63,998 nucleotides of DNA, filler included, from Asterionella formosa (GCA_002256025.1; 4 parts of 4 records of this genome joined end to end with filler, not necessarily neighbours in it); one strand, 5' to 3'. Shown: positions 52,347 to 63,998, numbered from the whole stretch's first letter. The notes: generated from the sequence alone by a model not told the origin. Numbers and translations: made by a program.

Positions 52347-53288
52347 CTATAACCTTTGTTTCTTTGCTTCTAGTTCTGCAATGAGTCGTTTCGCCTCCTC
52401 CACATTTCCAAAGCCATTACTATCGGAACTGTAAGAGCGCGACCTGCTTCTCCGCCGTCTGCTTGATCGTTTCGACGATGGCTTGTTGGAGCGATCTTCG
52501 CTATCGGGGGACCTCCTTTTGCGTTCACGATGTTTGTGTCGTCGGTGTCTGCGTTCATCAGACTCGTCGTGTTCAGAGTAGCTACGAGTCTGCCGATACG
52601 GATCGTCGTCGTTGTCGCGTCGTTTGTGTTTTTGTTTCTTTTCCTTTTTTGATTGCTTCTTCAGCCGTTCATTATCCTTCACTGGCCCGTCCGACTGTGT
52701 CATCCACGCTGGCAGTGTGGTCCCTCGGCCCCGACCCATGGGCGCCAGCGCTGCTGGCACTGGCGGTGCAGCGCCTAAAGTAACCACCACAGGTGGTGCT
52801 TCGCCTTCAGTGTCATCCACCAGCGCATATCCATTAATTACAGTCTTGGACTTTTGGTCCGACTTTAAAATCAAATGGCTCGTCTTGGCCATGGGATCCA
52901 ACGCCACTCCCATGCCAATACTGGATTGCAACTTTTGCTGAATTTGTTGTGACAGCGCCACAGTTTGATCTCGTGCTGATCCCAAATCTTGATACGAGCC
53001 ATCTTGTGAGGCATCCTTGAGCGACAATCTGATTTTGGGTCTGCCATTCATGTCAGTACTAACGTCCACGATCTTGACAAAGACAACATCGTTGACAGCC
53101 ACAGCATCCTCGACGCGATCGATGTTACAATTGGCCAACTGAGAAATGTGAACTAGTCCTACAAGTCGACATGTTTCCAATCCTACAAAGGCACCATACG
53201 GTTCGATCCGCTGGACTGTCCCGCGTTCAATGGTGCCAACTTGTGGAACTTGTTGCATGTTTTGCCCGTGATGATATTGTCCCACCAT
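52347..53288 (-). CDS. S1 RNA-binding domain protein with Arg/Ser/Lys-rich tail
   Basis: GTVQRIEPYGAFV...GLVHISQL...V.D.VFVKIV...KIRLSLK (S1 domain), GRGRGTTLPAWMT, and an RS-rich C-terminus. Confidence 0.9.
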   Translation of the reverse strand: MVGQYHHGQNMQQVPQVGTIERGTVQRIEPYGAFVGLETCRLVGLVHISQLANCNIDRVEDAVAVNDVVFVKIVDVSTDMNGRPKIRLSLKDASQDGSYQDLGSARDQTVALSQQIQQKLQSSIGMGVALDPMAKTSHLILKSDQKSKTVINGYALVDDTEGEAPPVVVTLGAAPPVPAALAPMGRGRGTTLPAWMTQSDGPVKDNERLKKQSKKEKKQKHKRRDNDDDPYRQTRSYSEHDESDERRHRRHKHRERKRRSPDSEDRSNKPSSKRSSRRRRSRSRSYSSDSNGFGNVEEAKRLIAELEAKKQRL

Positions 53289-55403
53289 GATGGTGTAGCT
53301 AGTGGGGAGTTTGATTTGTTGAAATTACCGTTATGTACCGGTAGTGTATACCGTATGTACACTATTATATCCGGACAGAAAACCGGCATGCTGGATCTAC
53401 GAAATCAAGCTAAATATTATGATAGCCATGATTCCATTTGTTCTGTTTTCATAGTTACAAACAGGAACCAATCCTTCCATGCAGTGATGATGCAAAATGC
53501 AATCATACATGACTGACAAGTGACTCCTGTTCTCATTAACAATTGTGTCGTCACTTCCACAAATCAACTCTTGTTTGAGAGTAGCTCCTTTACACAACAT
53601 AAAGTATTGGATGATGGCAGGAAGTCAATTGATCCTTGCAAGTTAAGAATATTTCAACACATATTGACTGCATTCCAAATTGGGCTTTTTCATTCTCTAG
53701 ACTCATGTAAAATGAAGCGAAGCTAGATGACTGTTGAAATTTATAGAGTAGTAGTGCATGGTATGCCCTTTTATCTACTATAGTAAGTATGGCAAACCTA
53801 CAAAGAAATTGATTTATGTTCATTTACATATAACAGTATAAGCAGTCATAGTCAAAATATGATGATTGCTTAGGGATGTGCAGCTTGTATTCACCTTGGG
53901 AATTGGGATTTGGGGGGGGGGTTGTTTGGGAATGTTTACATAGGAAGGGGGGAGCAGTTTCCAAGAAATTCTATAGCACTGTATGTTGACAAGCTAAGAA
54001 GGTTTGAGAATGTTTGCAACTCATGGGGAGCTAAATGAAAGTAGTAAGCAAAATATAAACAAGTGCTGAACATATCACGACAAAAGCATATGCCGCTGAA
54101 CACAGAGAAATACAGTTACCATTTGTTTACCGGTACTTCTACTAATGTGAGCTCTACAGATTTATTGCATTCCTTGTTGGGTCAGCATACTGCCAGTAGG
54201 CTGCCTGTCATAAATCCATATATTGAAGTACTGGCACATACATGCGTCTTGGACATATATATCTTCCAACATACTACCTGGTACCTGGTACTGTTGATGT
54301 TCACCATTGAATCACTGTATCAGAGGTAGGTACATACGGTATGCTTCAACCTCTACTAGGACATCTGACTCAAAGTACAGTCATGATGTGTTGAGGAAGG
54401 TTGTTCATGCCGGCTAGTGTTGGCCTTTGGTGCACAGCGAAAGTTATTCCCTACGTTTGCTCTTGCATATACACTATCCTCAATACATACGTAAATGGAT
54501 ATACCCGGCATGGCTGACGCTTCCAAATTTCACACACATACATGTAAACGGATCAATGTACTGGGATATATTTTGTTCATTACCTGTACTATGGTACCTG
54601 GTACTGATCGAAGAAATTTCATATAAGATGTTCTACCAGATACTTGTGCAATACATGGCCCATTTTTATATATACGATGCTTGCTTATTATATGTACACC
54701 ATCATACTACAGGTAACCATTCTTTTACACCAGCCAGTCGTAAGAAATGGGGAGGTTTGCTGGAGGAGGGAGAGCGAGCGATAGAGAAAAGGGTATCGAC
54801 CAGCTACAGCAGGAGAACATAGAACATGAAACAAAGTTAGTACCCTGTAGTCTACCAGTAGACAAGTGACGTAAACTTGATCACCCTTTGGGATAGTAGC
54901 AACTCCCTCGTATGTAAGTTGGACGGTTGCGAGTCGACGCTGATATCCCTGCTGGCATACATCGTGACTATTGGATCGATTATTAGTAGTACTTACATAT
55001 TTACGAAATTTAATTAAGAAGTTTACCCATCGTATACTGGTACATAGTCAGTCAAATCCGTTGCATATGTAAACAATTTTAGAGTCAGAAAACGGCGGGT
55101 TGGACTGGTGTGCGTACGTATTTACTCACCACTTTTTGTATTCGAACAATTCTACGTATCAGCTCGTAGTTTGTCTACGACGCAAGGATGCCATACCTGA
55201 GCAGCCACCCACATCCTGTGGGAAGAGGTAGAAATCTACTACACTTCTACACAAAATATCCAGGAGCAGAGTTATGGTTGGGAGAATTCCGACGAGGACA
55301 AGGACAAAAAACCACTATCTTTGAGAACTCAATTTGTTGGTTCATAGTTTTCACTTCGTGACTTATTCTCTCCTCCTTTTTGATTCTTGGCCCATCATCT
55401 ATC

Positions 55404-55718
55404 ATGAGACTCTTTACCACTGTTATCCTTCTTCTCTCCATGGTTAGCCTCAGTTTAGCTGAGTCAACGGCCCCAGTTTCTTCAGGTTCCATGGCCCCAG
55501 TTTCTTCAGGTTCCATGGCCCCAGTTTCTTCAGGTTCCATGGCCCCAGTTTCTTCAGGTTCCATGGCCCCAGTTTCTTCAGGTTCCATGGCCCCCGTAAT
55601 GCCCAGTTCTCCCAAAGGACCAACACCCGCTCCTAAGCCATTAACTTCTGGTGCCGTGAGCACCGGGTTCAGTTGTTCTGTCATTGCTGTTGCTGCGGCC
55701 GCCGTTGGTGTCTTTTAA
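55404..55718 (+). CDS. Small secreted Ser/Pro/Ala-rich protein with putative GPI-anchor signal
   Basis: Signal peptide MRLFTTVILLLSMVSLSLA, (APVSSGSM)x5, then TSGA and a hydrophobic C-terminus without a cytosolic tail. Confidence 0.85.
   Translation: MRLFTTVILLLSMVSLSLAESTAPVSSGSMAPVSSGSMAPVSSGSMAPVSSGSMAPVSSGSMAPVMPSSPKGPTPAPKPLTSGAVSTGFSCSVIAVAAAAVGVF
55470..55589 (+). repeat. Perfect coding minisatellite, 5 x 24 bp
   Basis: GCCCCAGTTTCTTCAGGTTCCATG x5. Confidence 0.95.
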
Positions 55719-57477
55719 TGGTTGACAAGCAGGGTGTGGCTTCTTTTGGTGTTTTTGTCCCGTAATTGATGGTTTGTTACTTAATCATTGGAAATATAAC
55801 TCCAAATAATTGAAAGTTTTCTGGAATTTGTCTTTTTGTTTTTCTACAATTATCTTATGACTTTGAATACCACTACAAACTCTTTGTTCTTCTGGTTCCT
55901 CGAAATGGTCCAATGTCGTCGTCTGCAATTTTCACCCTTTTGAAACAAGCAGCATCGGTTCACCCAGAATTGACTGTGCAATAGAACACTCATCAACGGG
56001 GGCTGAGAGTATCTGGCGCAAGCAACGGCATGTATGCTTTCGCTCCCTGATCTCGGAACTATAGCTAGCAAGCACGATCTGATCGATTCATCTATTTTTA
56101 CCTTTTATGAAGTCTTGTCTCGTCAGAATGGAACATGGGATCGATTGAAATAATCAAGACACCTCACACTTCAGCGCACCAAATGCTACATCTAATTGCA
56201 CGAATTTGACTCAAATGGTTGATCTAAAGCCGCGTATACTGATGATTGGATTCCACTCGGCCGTCCTATCGTACGAATTTTTCTTTATAAGCATTCTATT
56301 TATGAAACATTATCTACAGTTCTACATTCTGGAACACAGCCGTTGTCAACACGTGAGAGTGTCCAGTTTCAATTGACTAAAATACGGAAAAGAATCGAAC
56401 CGCGATGCTCGTTTCACGAGAAGAAATGATCACATGCACTGCACTAACCATTCATCCAACAATTGCGCCTTCTTCTGTCGAGTCACGATAACACGCGGTT
56501 GGAGGGATGAGTTGCCATTGGTGTGCGATAATCAGCCAAACTCATTCATTCACCATGATAATTTTATTGCCTGACCACCATGGAGTGTTGCAACCATGTT
56601 AAATCGTCCCCATAACCACCAATCTTCAGGGATAATTTTAGTACCAGGGTACTGTTGTTTCCGTACTTTTTTGGATCATATGAAGAAATGCCGATACCGG
56701 TTCAGGAATTTTTTATTTTTAGTCACACTAGAACACGTGGTGGCAAGCAAATGCTGCCAGCAGCAGCACCATGCCGAAGAGCAAAGAGAAATACCGGTAC
56801 GCAGCGGCACGACAATAAAAGATATAACGGCTCATATACATACAACGACATTGCTAGTTTCGAGTAATGTTGAAACTGTGCTACCCTGGTACCGGTACCT
56901 GGTCATACCAGTACAATTCAAACGTTGGAATAATACCAACCGATGCAGTGTACCAGGTACCAGGAAAGAACATAACATACTGCACATGGTACATGCAATA
57001 GCTACCCCTAATTCTTGCCAAACTGCGCAACTACCGGTAATCCAATCACTTCCTATGTAACCTATAATTGTGATCGTGCGAAATCCGATTTTGTTTATAT
57101 AGCCCTTTCCGTATGGGTCGGTTGAAACCGAAAAATAACATCTATCATAGATTTCGAATTCATTGCTTAAATATTCACTTGGAATCGTAAGAAGCGAGTG
57201 TTGCCAACATACAAAACATACGTTCAATATCTCTGAAAGGGTTAGATATTCACTACTCCGTTTCCTACCGTACCTGTGCACTACATGACAGATATTGCCG
57301 GATAAGGTTACGGTATACCGGTAGGCATGTCCGTAAATAGTAACACGATAGTAGTAAGCACTATACCGGTACCGGTACCGGTACCGGTACCTGGTACCAG
57401 GTACTTATAAAGAATCTGAGATCTAAAAATCTGAAAAAGCAATAATAACCTGATTGTTACTAAATGTTTCTGAAATC

Positions 57478-58622
57478 ATGTCGTCGGCATTGTTCACCAT
57501 GAGCATCGCGTGCTTTCTCCTCCTCTCCCTAATTTGCTCCGCCACGGCATCTCCAGGCATGGCGGCTGGCTGTCCGGCAGGCATGGCAGCATGTACAGGA
57601 CACGCCCTTACTAGCACAACCCAAACATTTGAAGAAGCCGGATATTCGGTAACACTGAAAGGAATCCGACTTGTGGCTGGGCAACCTGCTATCATCGATG
57701 TGGGTGTCGACAACTCGCTCGTTCTTGCAGGCACATCAGCATTTCGTGGATTTCTCCTTCGCCTAGGATCGACTGGACCATCAACGTTTGATGCCTTAAG
57801 CGGAGGGAGTGACAGCAATGTTCAGTGGCAACTGTCTGCGACGATGTTGGAGGAGTTTGCCACAACTCCAACAGCGACAAGAGAAGCATTACAGCAAATC
57901 TCAAAATGGCAGAATCTTCTAATGACATGCCCTTGGATGTGACTGTTGTGGTGTTGAACACTGGCGGTGTTAGCGAATACTACTACACAGCTTATACCAT
58001 TTCCGCGATAGCAGCTTCCACCCCAGTCGCTCCCCCAGTTGCTCCTCCTCTTGCTCCCCCTGTAGCTCCCCCAGTTTCTCCCCCTGTGGCTCCTCCTTTG
58101 GCTCCCCCTGTTGCTCCTCCGGTTGCTCCCCCTGTTGCTCCCCCTGTGGCAGTCCCAAACTCAATGCCTGTACCAGCACCCACGCTTGCGCCAGTTGCCC
58201 CTGTCAATTCTCCTGCACTAGCATCATCTCCATCTGACGCCCCATCAACTCCTCCTGAACCAGCTCCATCTCCATCTGACGCCCCAGCCACTCCTCCTGC
58301 AACAGCTCCATCTCCATCTGAAACCCCAGTCAATTCTCCTGCATTCGTCTCATCTGAAGTCCCATTCACTTCTCCCGCATTCGTCTCATCGGATGCCCCG
58401 GTGATACCTTCGATAACCTTCCCAGAAAATTCAATTCCAACTGTTCCTACTTTTGGTGTTACAAATTCCCCGTCGTCTGCGCTTGTACGACCACTCTCTC
58501 CAACTGAAGTGATAGTGCCTATGCAGGTGCCTACTGCCAGTCCTTTGATCACCTCTGGTGCCATGGGTATATGTTTGAACTTTGCAATAATTATTGCTGC
58601 TGCTATCTTGGGGGCTTTTTGA
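57478..58622 (+). pseudogene. Reeler-like domain + Pro-rich stalk + GPI-like tail, copy 1, with a 1-nt frameshift at ~57825 (real or assembly error)
   Basis: Nearly identical to 60113-60650, but reads TTCAGTGGCA where copy 2 reads TTCAGGTGGCA; this splits it into ORFs 57454-57942 and 57825-58622. Confidence 0.8.
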
Positions 58623-60112
58623 TAAGTTGCTGATGATGGACAGGGTTTTCTTCAAATTGTTTGTTTTTCTTATATGACACCAAGTATGATGATTTCACTC
58701 CACCCTCTTCTAATATTAGTATGTTAGAAGGATACTCAATTATCATTGGATTGAAAAAGAAACACTAAAAGAAAAATTTATCAAGCCACGAAAAGCAAAC
58801 ATTGTCATTGGAAGAGTATGAGAAATTGGCCAAGACATGTACAAATGGCATACCTGAAATATGCCACACATGTGTTAGATATCTAAGTAAAATTTCAGTT
58901 CTACCTGATAGATTCATCCTGTCTCCCATCATTGTGAACCAAGATTATATACTCCTGATTTATATATGCCTTTGGACATTGAGTAATATTAAATCTACAT
59001 CCAGCAATGTAAATTCAATATAGACATCAATTATCATTTCTTTTGTTCAAAGATACAACTATACTCCTGATTATATGTTGGTGTTTTGGCATGGAGTAAT
59101 ATTATATCTACATACACCAATGAAGATAAAACTTTGCAGTTCAATGATGAAGCCTCTTGAAGGACTAGAAAGAAGTCAGTGTGGTGCATTGTCCCACAGT
59201 GCCTGTTCAAGAGTACAATTCAATTCTGAATGAATGGCCTGTATTGTTATATTGTCCTTATAGATGTCATCCCATAATGCCTGTTTCAGAGTGAAAATTT
59301 CATTCTGGAATGGCATCCTTGTTGATTGCATGTCAAGATTTGTTTCTTGTTTTGTGTGAAATAGTTGAAATCTTTGCCTTCTTCTGAAAAATGTGATGCA
59401 AGGTAAATTTTAGATAAAACCCAAATATTTTACTTGTCATTTTGAACTTGAGTGTTCCTTGGTCATGATGCCCATTTATGATAATGGATCTTTTGTAAAT
59501 GTACTACTATGGAGGATTGCTTCTATTGATACTTGAAAGACAAGTCATAGATTAACCTGAAAAGAGTTCAACTCATTGAAAAATAGTAAATATATTGATA
59601 TATATGCTCTGCAATGGAGGTGCTACTAGTAAGCAGTGGATCAAAGGATCATGGTGAATTTAGGAGACTGTTGGTAGATAGATTCAACTCTATTGGTATT
59701 TCCAAACAAAGTAAGCTTACAGAATTAACTTTTAGCAAACCATAAAAACAAAATTAAGTCATAACTGAGTACCAGTAAATCAACTCATGTTCACAACAAG
59801 ACTCAAAGAAGATTGATTCATGTATGCTAGTGGTATGATTAAAGATTGATTCACGTTCATGACTAGACTCAAAAGATCATGACTGGGCCGATTTTGGAGA
59901 AAACAACAAGATTCATTTGACTAGCTGGTGCTCCTTGCTGACACCTCCGACCTCCCAGGTACCATACATACAGATACCGGTATATACCGGTGTTCAGAAC
60001 AAGCAAAGATACTCCTCAATATTTCATCGCGAGAAGTTTTGAGGTATCTCGTTGTGGTTTGGTTATTATTAAACGATATCACATTTACTCGCCTGACTTG
60101 ATCGCTATCACC

Positions 60113-60895
60113 ATGAAGCTCTCGTGCTTTCTTCTCCTCTCCCTAATCCGCTCCGCCACGGCATCTCCAGGCATGGCGGCTGGCTGTCCGGCAGGCATGG
60201 CAGCATGTACAGGACACACCATTACAAGCACAAACCAAACATTTGAAGAAGCCGGATATTCGGTAACACTGAACGGAATCCGACTTGTGGCTGGGCAACC
60301 TGCTATCATCGATGTGGGTGTCGACAACTCGCTCGTTCTTGCAGGCACATCAGCATTTCGTGGATTTCTCCTTCGCCTAGGATCGACTGGACCATCAACG
60401 TTTGATGCCTTAAGCGGAGGGAGTGACAGCAATGTTCAGGTGGCAACTGTCTGCGACGATGTTGGAGGAGTTTGCCACAACTCCAACAGCGACAAGAGAA
60501 GCATTACAGCAAATCTCAAAATGGCAGAATCTTCTAATGACATGCCCTTGGATGTGACTGTTGTGGTGGTGTACAGTGGCGGTGTAAGCGAGTACTACTA
60601 CACAGCTTATAACATTTCCGCTCAAGCAATGTCCACCCCAGTCGCTCCCCCTGTTGCTGCTCCTGTTGCTCCACCTTCAGCTTCACCTGTGGCGGCTCCT
60701 GTTGCTCCACCTCCAGCTTCAACGGGTGCACCAACGAACTCGTCCACCACACCTTCCCCAACCTTCATGTCTGTACCAGCACCCACGCTTGCGCCAGTTG
60801 CTACATCCAAGCCTACATCCACTTCTGGTGTCATGAGCATTGGATGGAACTGTGCCGTGATTGTTGTTGCTGCTGCCATCTTGGGACCATTTTGA
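60113..60895 (+). CDS. Secreted Reeler-like domain protein with APPV stalk and putative GPI-anchor signal, copy 2 (intact)
   Basis: Signal peptide MKLSCFLLLSLIRSATA; PGMAAGC...H, FRGFLLRL, C....GVCHNSNSDK, LDVTVVV (Reeler-like pattern); Pro/Ala/Thr stalk; TSG plus hydrophobic tail. Confidence 0.8.
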   Translation: MKLSCFLLLSLIRSATASPGMAAGCPAGMAACTGHTITSTNQTFEEAGYSVTLNGIRLVAGQPAIIDVGVDNSLVLAGTSAFRGFLLRLGSTGPSTFDALSGGSDSNVQVATVCDDVGGVCHNSNSDKRSITANLKMAESSNDMPLDVTVVVVYSGGVSEYYYTAYNISAQAMSTPVAPPVAAPVAPPSASPVAAPVAPPPASTGAPTNSSTTPSPTFMSVPAPTLAPVATSKPTSTSGVMSIGWNCAVIVVAAAILGPF

Positions 60896-62015
60896 TTACT
60901 CTAATTACAATACACCAGTATTCTATGGACATGGACAGCCTTAAATGTTAAAAATATTTTGTTCATGTATTTGCTTCATTGTCGTTATGACACCAAATGC
61001 GAGAAGTCGACCTTCTTTATGTTTCCATTGACGTGCATTGCATTGATTGTTCGTATTTGCCCTTGATTTTGTATATTATAGTAACTACAGTCATTGAGAC
61101 TCTTTACTTCAATTCGAGGGACAAGATGATACAAATAGTTACGCAATTGGACAGTGCACAGATATATGAACCCATCAGTCCTTTGAATGGTACACTTAAA
61201 GGAAACCCCAAAAATGAAATACAGCAGTTGCAAATAATTTATTTGCATCAACGTGCTTGCTTGCATGAGTACTGGTAGACGAATCTATCAGAGAAATTAG
61301 ATCAGGAGATTAATACCCAAAGTGCAGCAGTAGACAAAAATTTCAGCATGGCTAAATTCATTGGATAGCAAATGACAGGTACACCACATGTTAGCCAAAT
61401 TGGCAAAACGTGTCCCAAATAGTATCTGCATTGACCACCCAGGAAGCAAAGTGTCAACAAGGAAACGCTTGTCACTCTGAAAAAACAATGGAAAATTTTT
61501 TCCTCGACAACATTGCTGGCAATACTGAAACTAAAAACGCTAAAAATACAAAACCATTCAAAGCACATTTTATATCTATATCTCTACCTATCAACTGAAT
61601 GTGCTTAAGAAGGTACAAAGCCAAATAGAGGAACAATCCCAGAAAGGAACTGGTTCAACCATCGGGCAGGATGACTATTTTGGTTGCTGCTCGAGGAGGC
61701 GATTCTTCCTTTGTGTATTTCAAAGGGTAAAAATACTTTTATAATCGTGGTGGCAGCATATGATATTTGTAACGATGCTAAGAAAAGATAATGTAGTAAG
61801 CATACCATTAACTAATAGATTCAAAGAAATTTAAATTGTTCTACACCCCGCCCAATTTTTATAGATTTGTCAAAAATTCAAGGAATTTACGTAAGGATGC
61901 ATACCGCTTGTTCATTATATCATGTAGCCCTATCCCTAACAGGAGCACCAGGTGCATGAAGGAGACAGCAATGATTCCAAGAACAACATGATTTTCGCAA
62001 GAACCCTATGTAGAA

Positions 62016-62900
62016 TACCGTAGTAAACTTCAATGTCCTGGAACCCCCACCAGGCTACAGGCTACTGGACTACATTTTTTCGAGGTGGCACCAAGCACAC
62101 AATATTTTTTTAGACATAGTCGAAGTAACATGCTATAATTCTGATTCTGTGGCGGAAATTGGCTTAGTGATGCTATCATTATAAAATACCGGTAATATAT
62201 TTATCATGTCAACAACAAGATCAGAAGCATGATCAATGGTCACCACCGCGATGAGGAGCTTTTTGACTTTCATATAGTGATCAATTGCTTGCGATATAAC
62301 CGACTGAATTCCAAGTGTTTAAAATGTTGGATTGAGAGACCTTCTCCCAAGCTGTGGTCTGGACCCACTGAGTGACTTCACCTTCGTGCCATAAGGATGG
62401 GCGACCATCAAATCCTTATAGGCATCCTTAACAAACTCTTTAGGATTTACCCCAACATCGTCCAAAACTTGAAGTTTGAAGGTGTAACCTCCACAAATGA
62501 AATCCACAGCAGTTCCACAGTCCTTAATTGCATTGAGACTTGTCGCCATCAAATGCACCTGGAACCTTTCCATCAGAAGGTACTAGCTTGGTTGAGAATC
62601 ATGGCTGATTGTCCATGATGGCTTCCAAAATTCCCATATCCAAAGCGCAAACACCAGCCAACTCATCGACCCATGACGCCTTTGCCTGACAACAATAAAC
62701 CATTTCCTGAGGATTGGCAAACTGTTGATTGTTGTTGAATTCGCATTGGATACTGGCGTCATGTACTCCTTTGAAAACAAAAAGGAGCACGCTTCTCTCC
62801 AGACATTGCAACGCCCAACAACATGTGCAATGCATGCTGCTGCCATGATTGGTGTGTAAAGTGATGGTTAGTGCACCTTTATCAGCTACTAGCATGCATG
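62016..62900 (-). pseudogene. pogo/Tc2-like element relic: TIR plus degraded DDE_1 transposase
   Basis: TA-CCGTAGTAAACTTCAATGTCCTGGAACCCC terminus; peptide fragments CQAKASWVDE and ERFQVH...GTAVDFICGGYTFKLQVLDDVGVNPK match the DDE_1 pattern IPGGxTxxLQxLDVGVNKPFK. Confidence 0.8.
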
Positions 62901-63450
62901 AGACCGCCTGAATATCGAAATAGTAAATGTTTGTTTTTTGTCTATATTTACGATACTAGTAGGAAAATAATACAACCCATCAAGAAACTGCATGTTTATG
63001 TACTGGAGAGCGATACTCCTGCATGACACTCAGCATATAGTGCATGTTTTACGCCCTCTGGGCAGGTGATAAAATGATAAACAAGGTTTTGTGATGTGCA
63101 CCAACAAGCTACTTACTGTTGAATGACGCTCAAACTAACATCACGTCCCAACAAGCACTTCAACTTGGCAGCAAACAATATGATCAAACAAATGTGATCA
63201 TCGCCACAAAGCTGATTGTACATAACAGAATTGCAGCAAATTCAGCTGCACTATTCATCTAAGCCGCGTATTACGTGAAGAGACCATCACATAAATAAGC
63301 CTAGTTGATTTTGAATGCATCACATGAATTAGTTGAATACATCAAAATACGTAGTTGAATATATCTATATATTATCTGAATACATCACGTTAAATATTTG
63401 ATCAAAGTATCATGCATGCATTCCTGATCATCACTATATTATGTGATCAC

Positions 63451-63552
63451 CTTCACATAATTATTTGAAACACTTCACATAATTATTTGAAAATACTTCA
63501 CATAATTATTTGAAATACTTCACGTAATTCTGTAATTTCGTTCACATAATTC
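63451..63552 (+). repeat. Short tandem repeat, ~22-bp unit
   Basis: CTTCACATAATTATTTGAAA x3 plus degenerate copies; related CTTCACATGAA units occur at 16210-16250. Confidence 0.8.
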
Positions 63553-63678
63553 TAGAATAAAGTTCACTTAATATGTAACATTTGTTTACGTAATTTTCTG
63601 GAGTTCATTCAACTAAATTAAAGAGTTTCATAAATGAAATAAAGCCTGCTCATTTGGAACGGCATGCGAATGCTCCTG

Positions 63679-63998
63679 ATCAGTAGTGTTGCTCATATAG
63701 CCGTCAAAATAGCGCAGTAATCTTACCAGAACAACGTTCATTCCGAACCTCATTGTCCCTGCCTGTTGTCAACAACAATGCGTGAGCTGACAAGCCATAC
63801 TAGCATTTAGGTACACAACAAGAACACACTCACCATTCAACTGTATTGCAGAGTTCTTTTGGATTTCATCTGAATGCTCCTGAATTGAAAGGGTTTTCTG
63901 CAATGTCAATTGAATGTAGAGGAAGATCAGTGTGAGTTATCAGTAGCGTTGCTCATATAGCCGTCAAAATAGCGCAGTAATCTTACCAGAACAACTTC
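63679..63998 (+). repeat. Direct repeat of ~60 bp at 260-bp spacing, running off the window end
   Basis: ATCAGTAG.GTTGCTCATATAGCCGTCAAAATAGCGCAGTAATCTTACCAGAACAAC at 63679 and 63939. Confidence 0.88.

Noticed and set aside
55247..55684. Minus-strand ORF with GAMEPEET repeats
   Set aside because: Antisense shadow of the 24-bp repeat; the plus strand has the signal peptide and tail.
57992..58564. Gly-rich minus-strand ORFs (also 60622-60879)
   Set aside because: Antisense of the Pro-rich stalks.
15105..60895. A single cell-surface gene cluster joining the protease, kinase, GT60 and GPI proteins
   Set aside because: These genes lie on four different contigs; there is no evidence of physical linkage.
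1..63998. tRNA or rRNA genes
   Set aside because: No cloverleaf or rRNA-conserved sequence recognised by eye; a tRNAscan-SE/Infernal run would be needed to exclude them.

Overview
Eukaryotic nuclear DNA, most consistent with a diatom (compact genes, short GT-AG introns, diatom-typical gene families, a bipartite-like plastid presequence); the taxon is inferred, not proven. The window is four unrelated ~16 kb contigs joined by artificial 100-nt N/TTAATTAATTAA/N spacers (16033-16132, 32156-32255, 48259-48358), so adjacency across the spacers means nothing. About 19 protein genes are supported: an ELM2/SANT/PHD chromatin protein, a divergent kinesin, a reprolysin metalloprotease with two hevein-type chitin-binding domains, an ankyrin protein, a TMEM144-like transporter, a PKDCC-like kinase, an S28 peptidase, a GST, a GT60-like GlcNAc transferase, POLA2, a carotenoid oxygenase, an S1-domain protein, several hypothetical proteins, and a cluster of three GPI-anchor-like Pro/Ser/Ala-rich surface proteins. 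Repeats include two TTAA-flanked TIR elements, Harbinger and pogo transposase relics, and a ~200-bp satellite. The most notable signals are palindromic GGTACC/TACCGGTA tracts sitting upstream of most gene starts, the modular Reeler-like/GPI surface-protein cluster, the protease-chitin-binding fusion, and a kinesin with paired switch I/II substitutions. Family calls come from motif recognition by eye; no searches were run.
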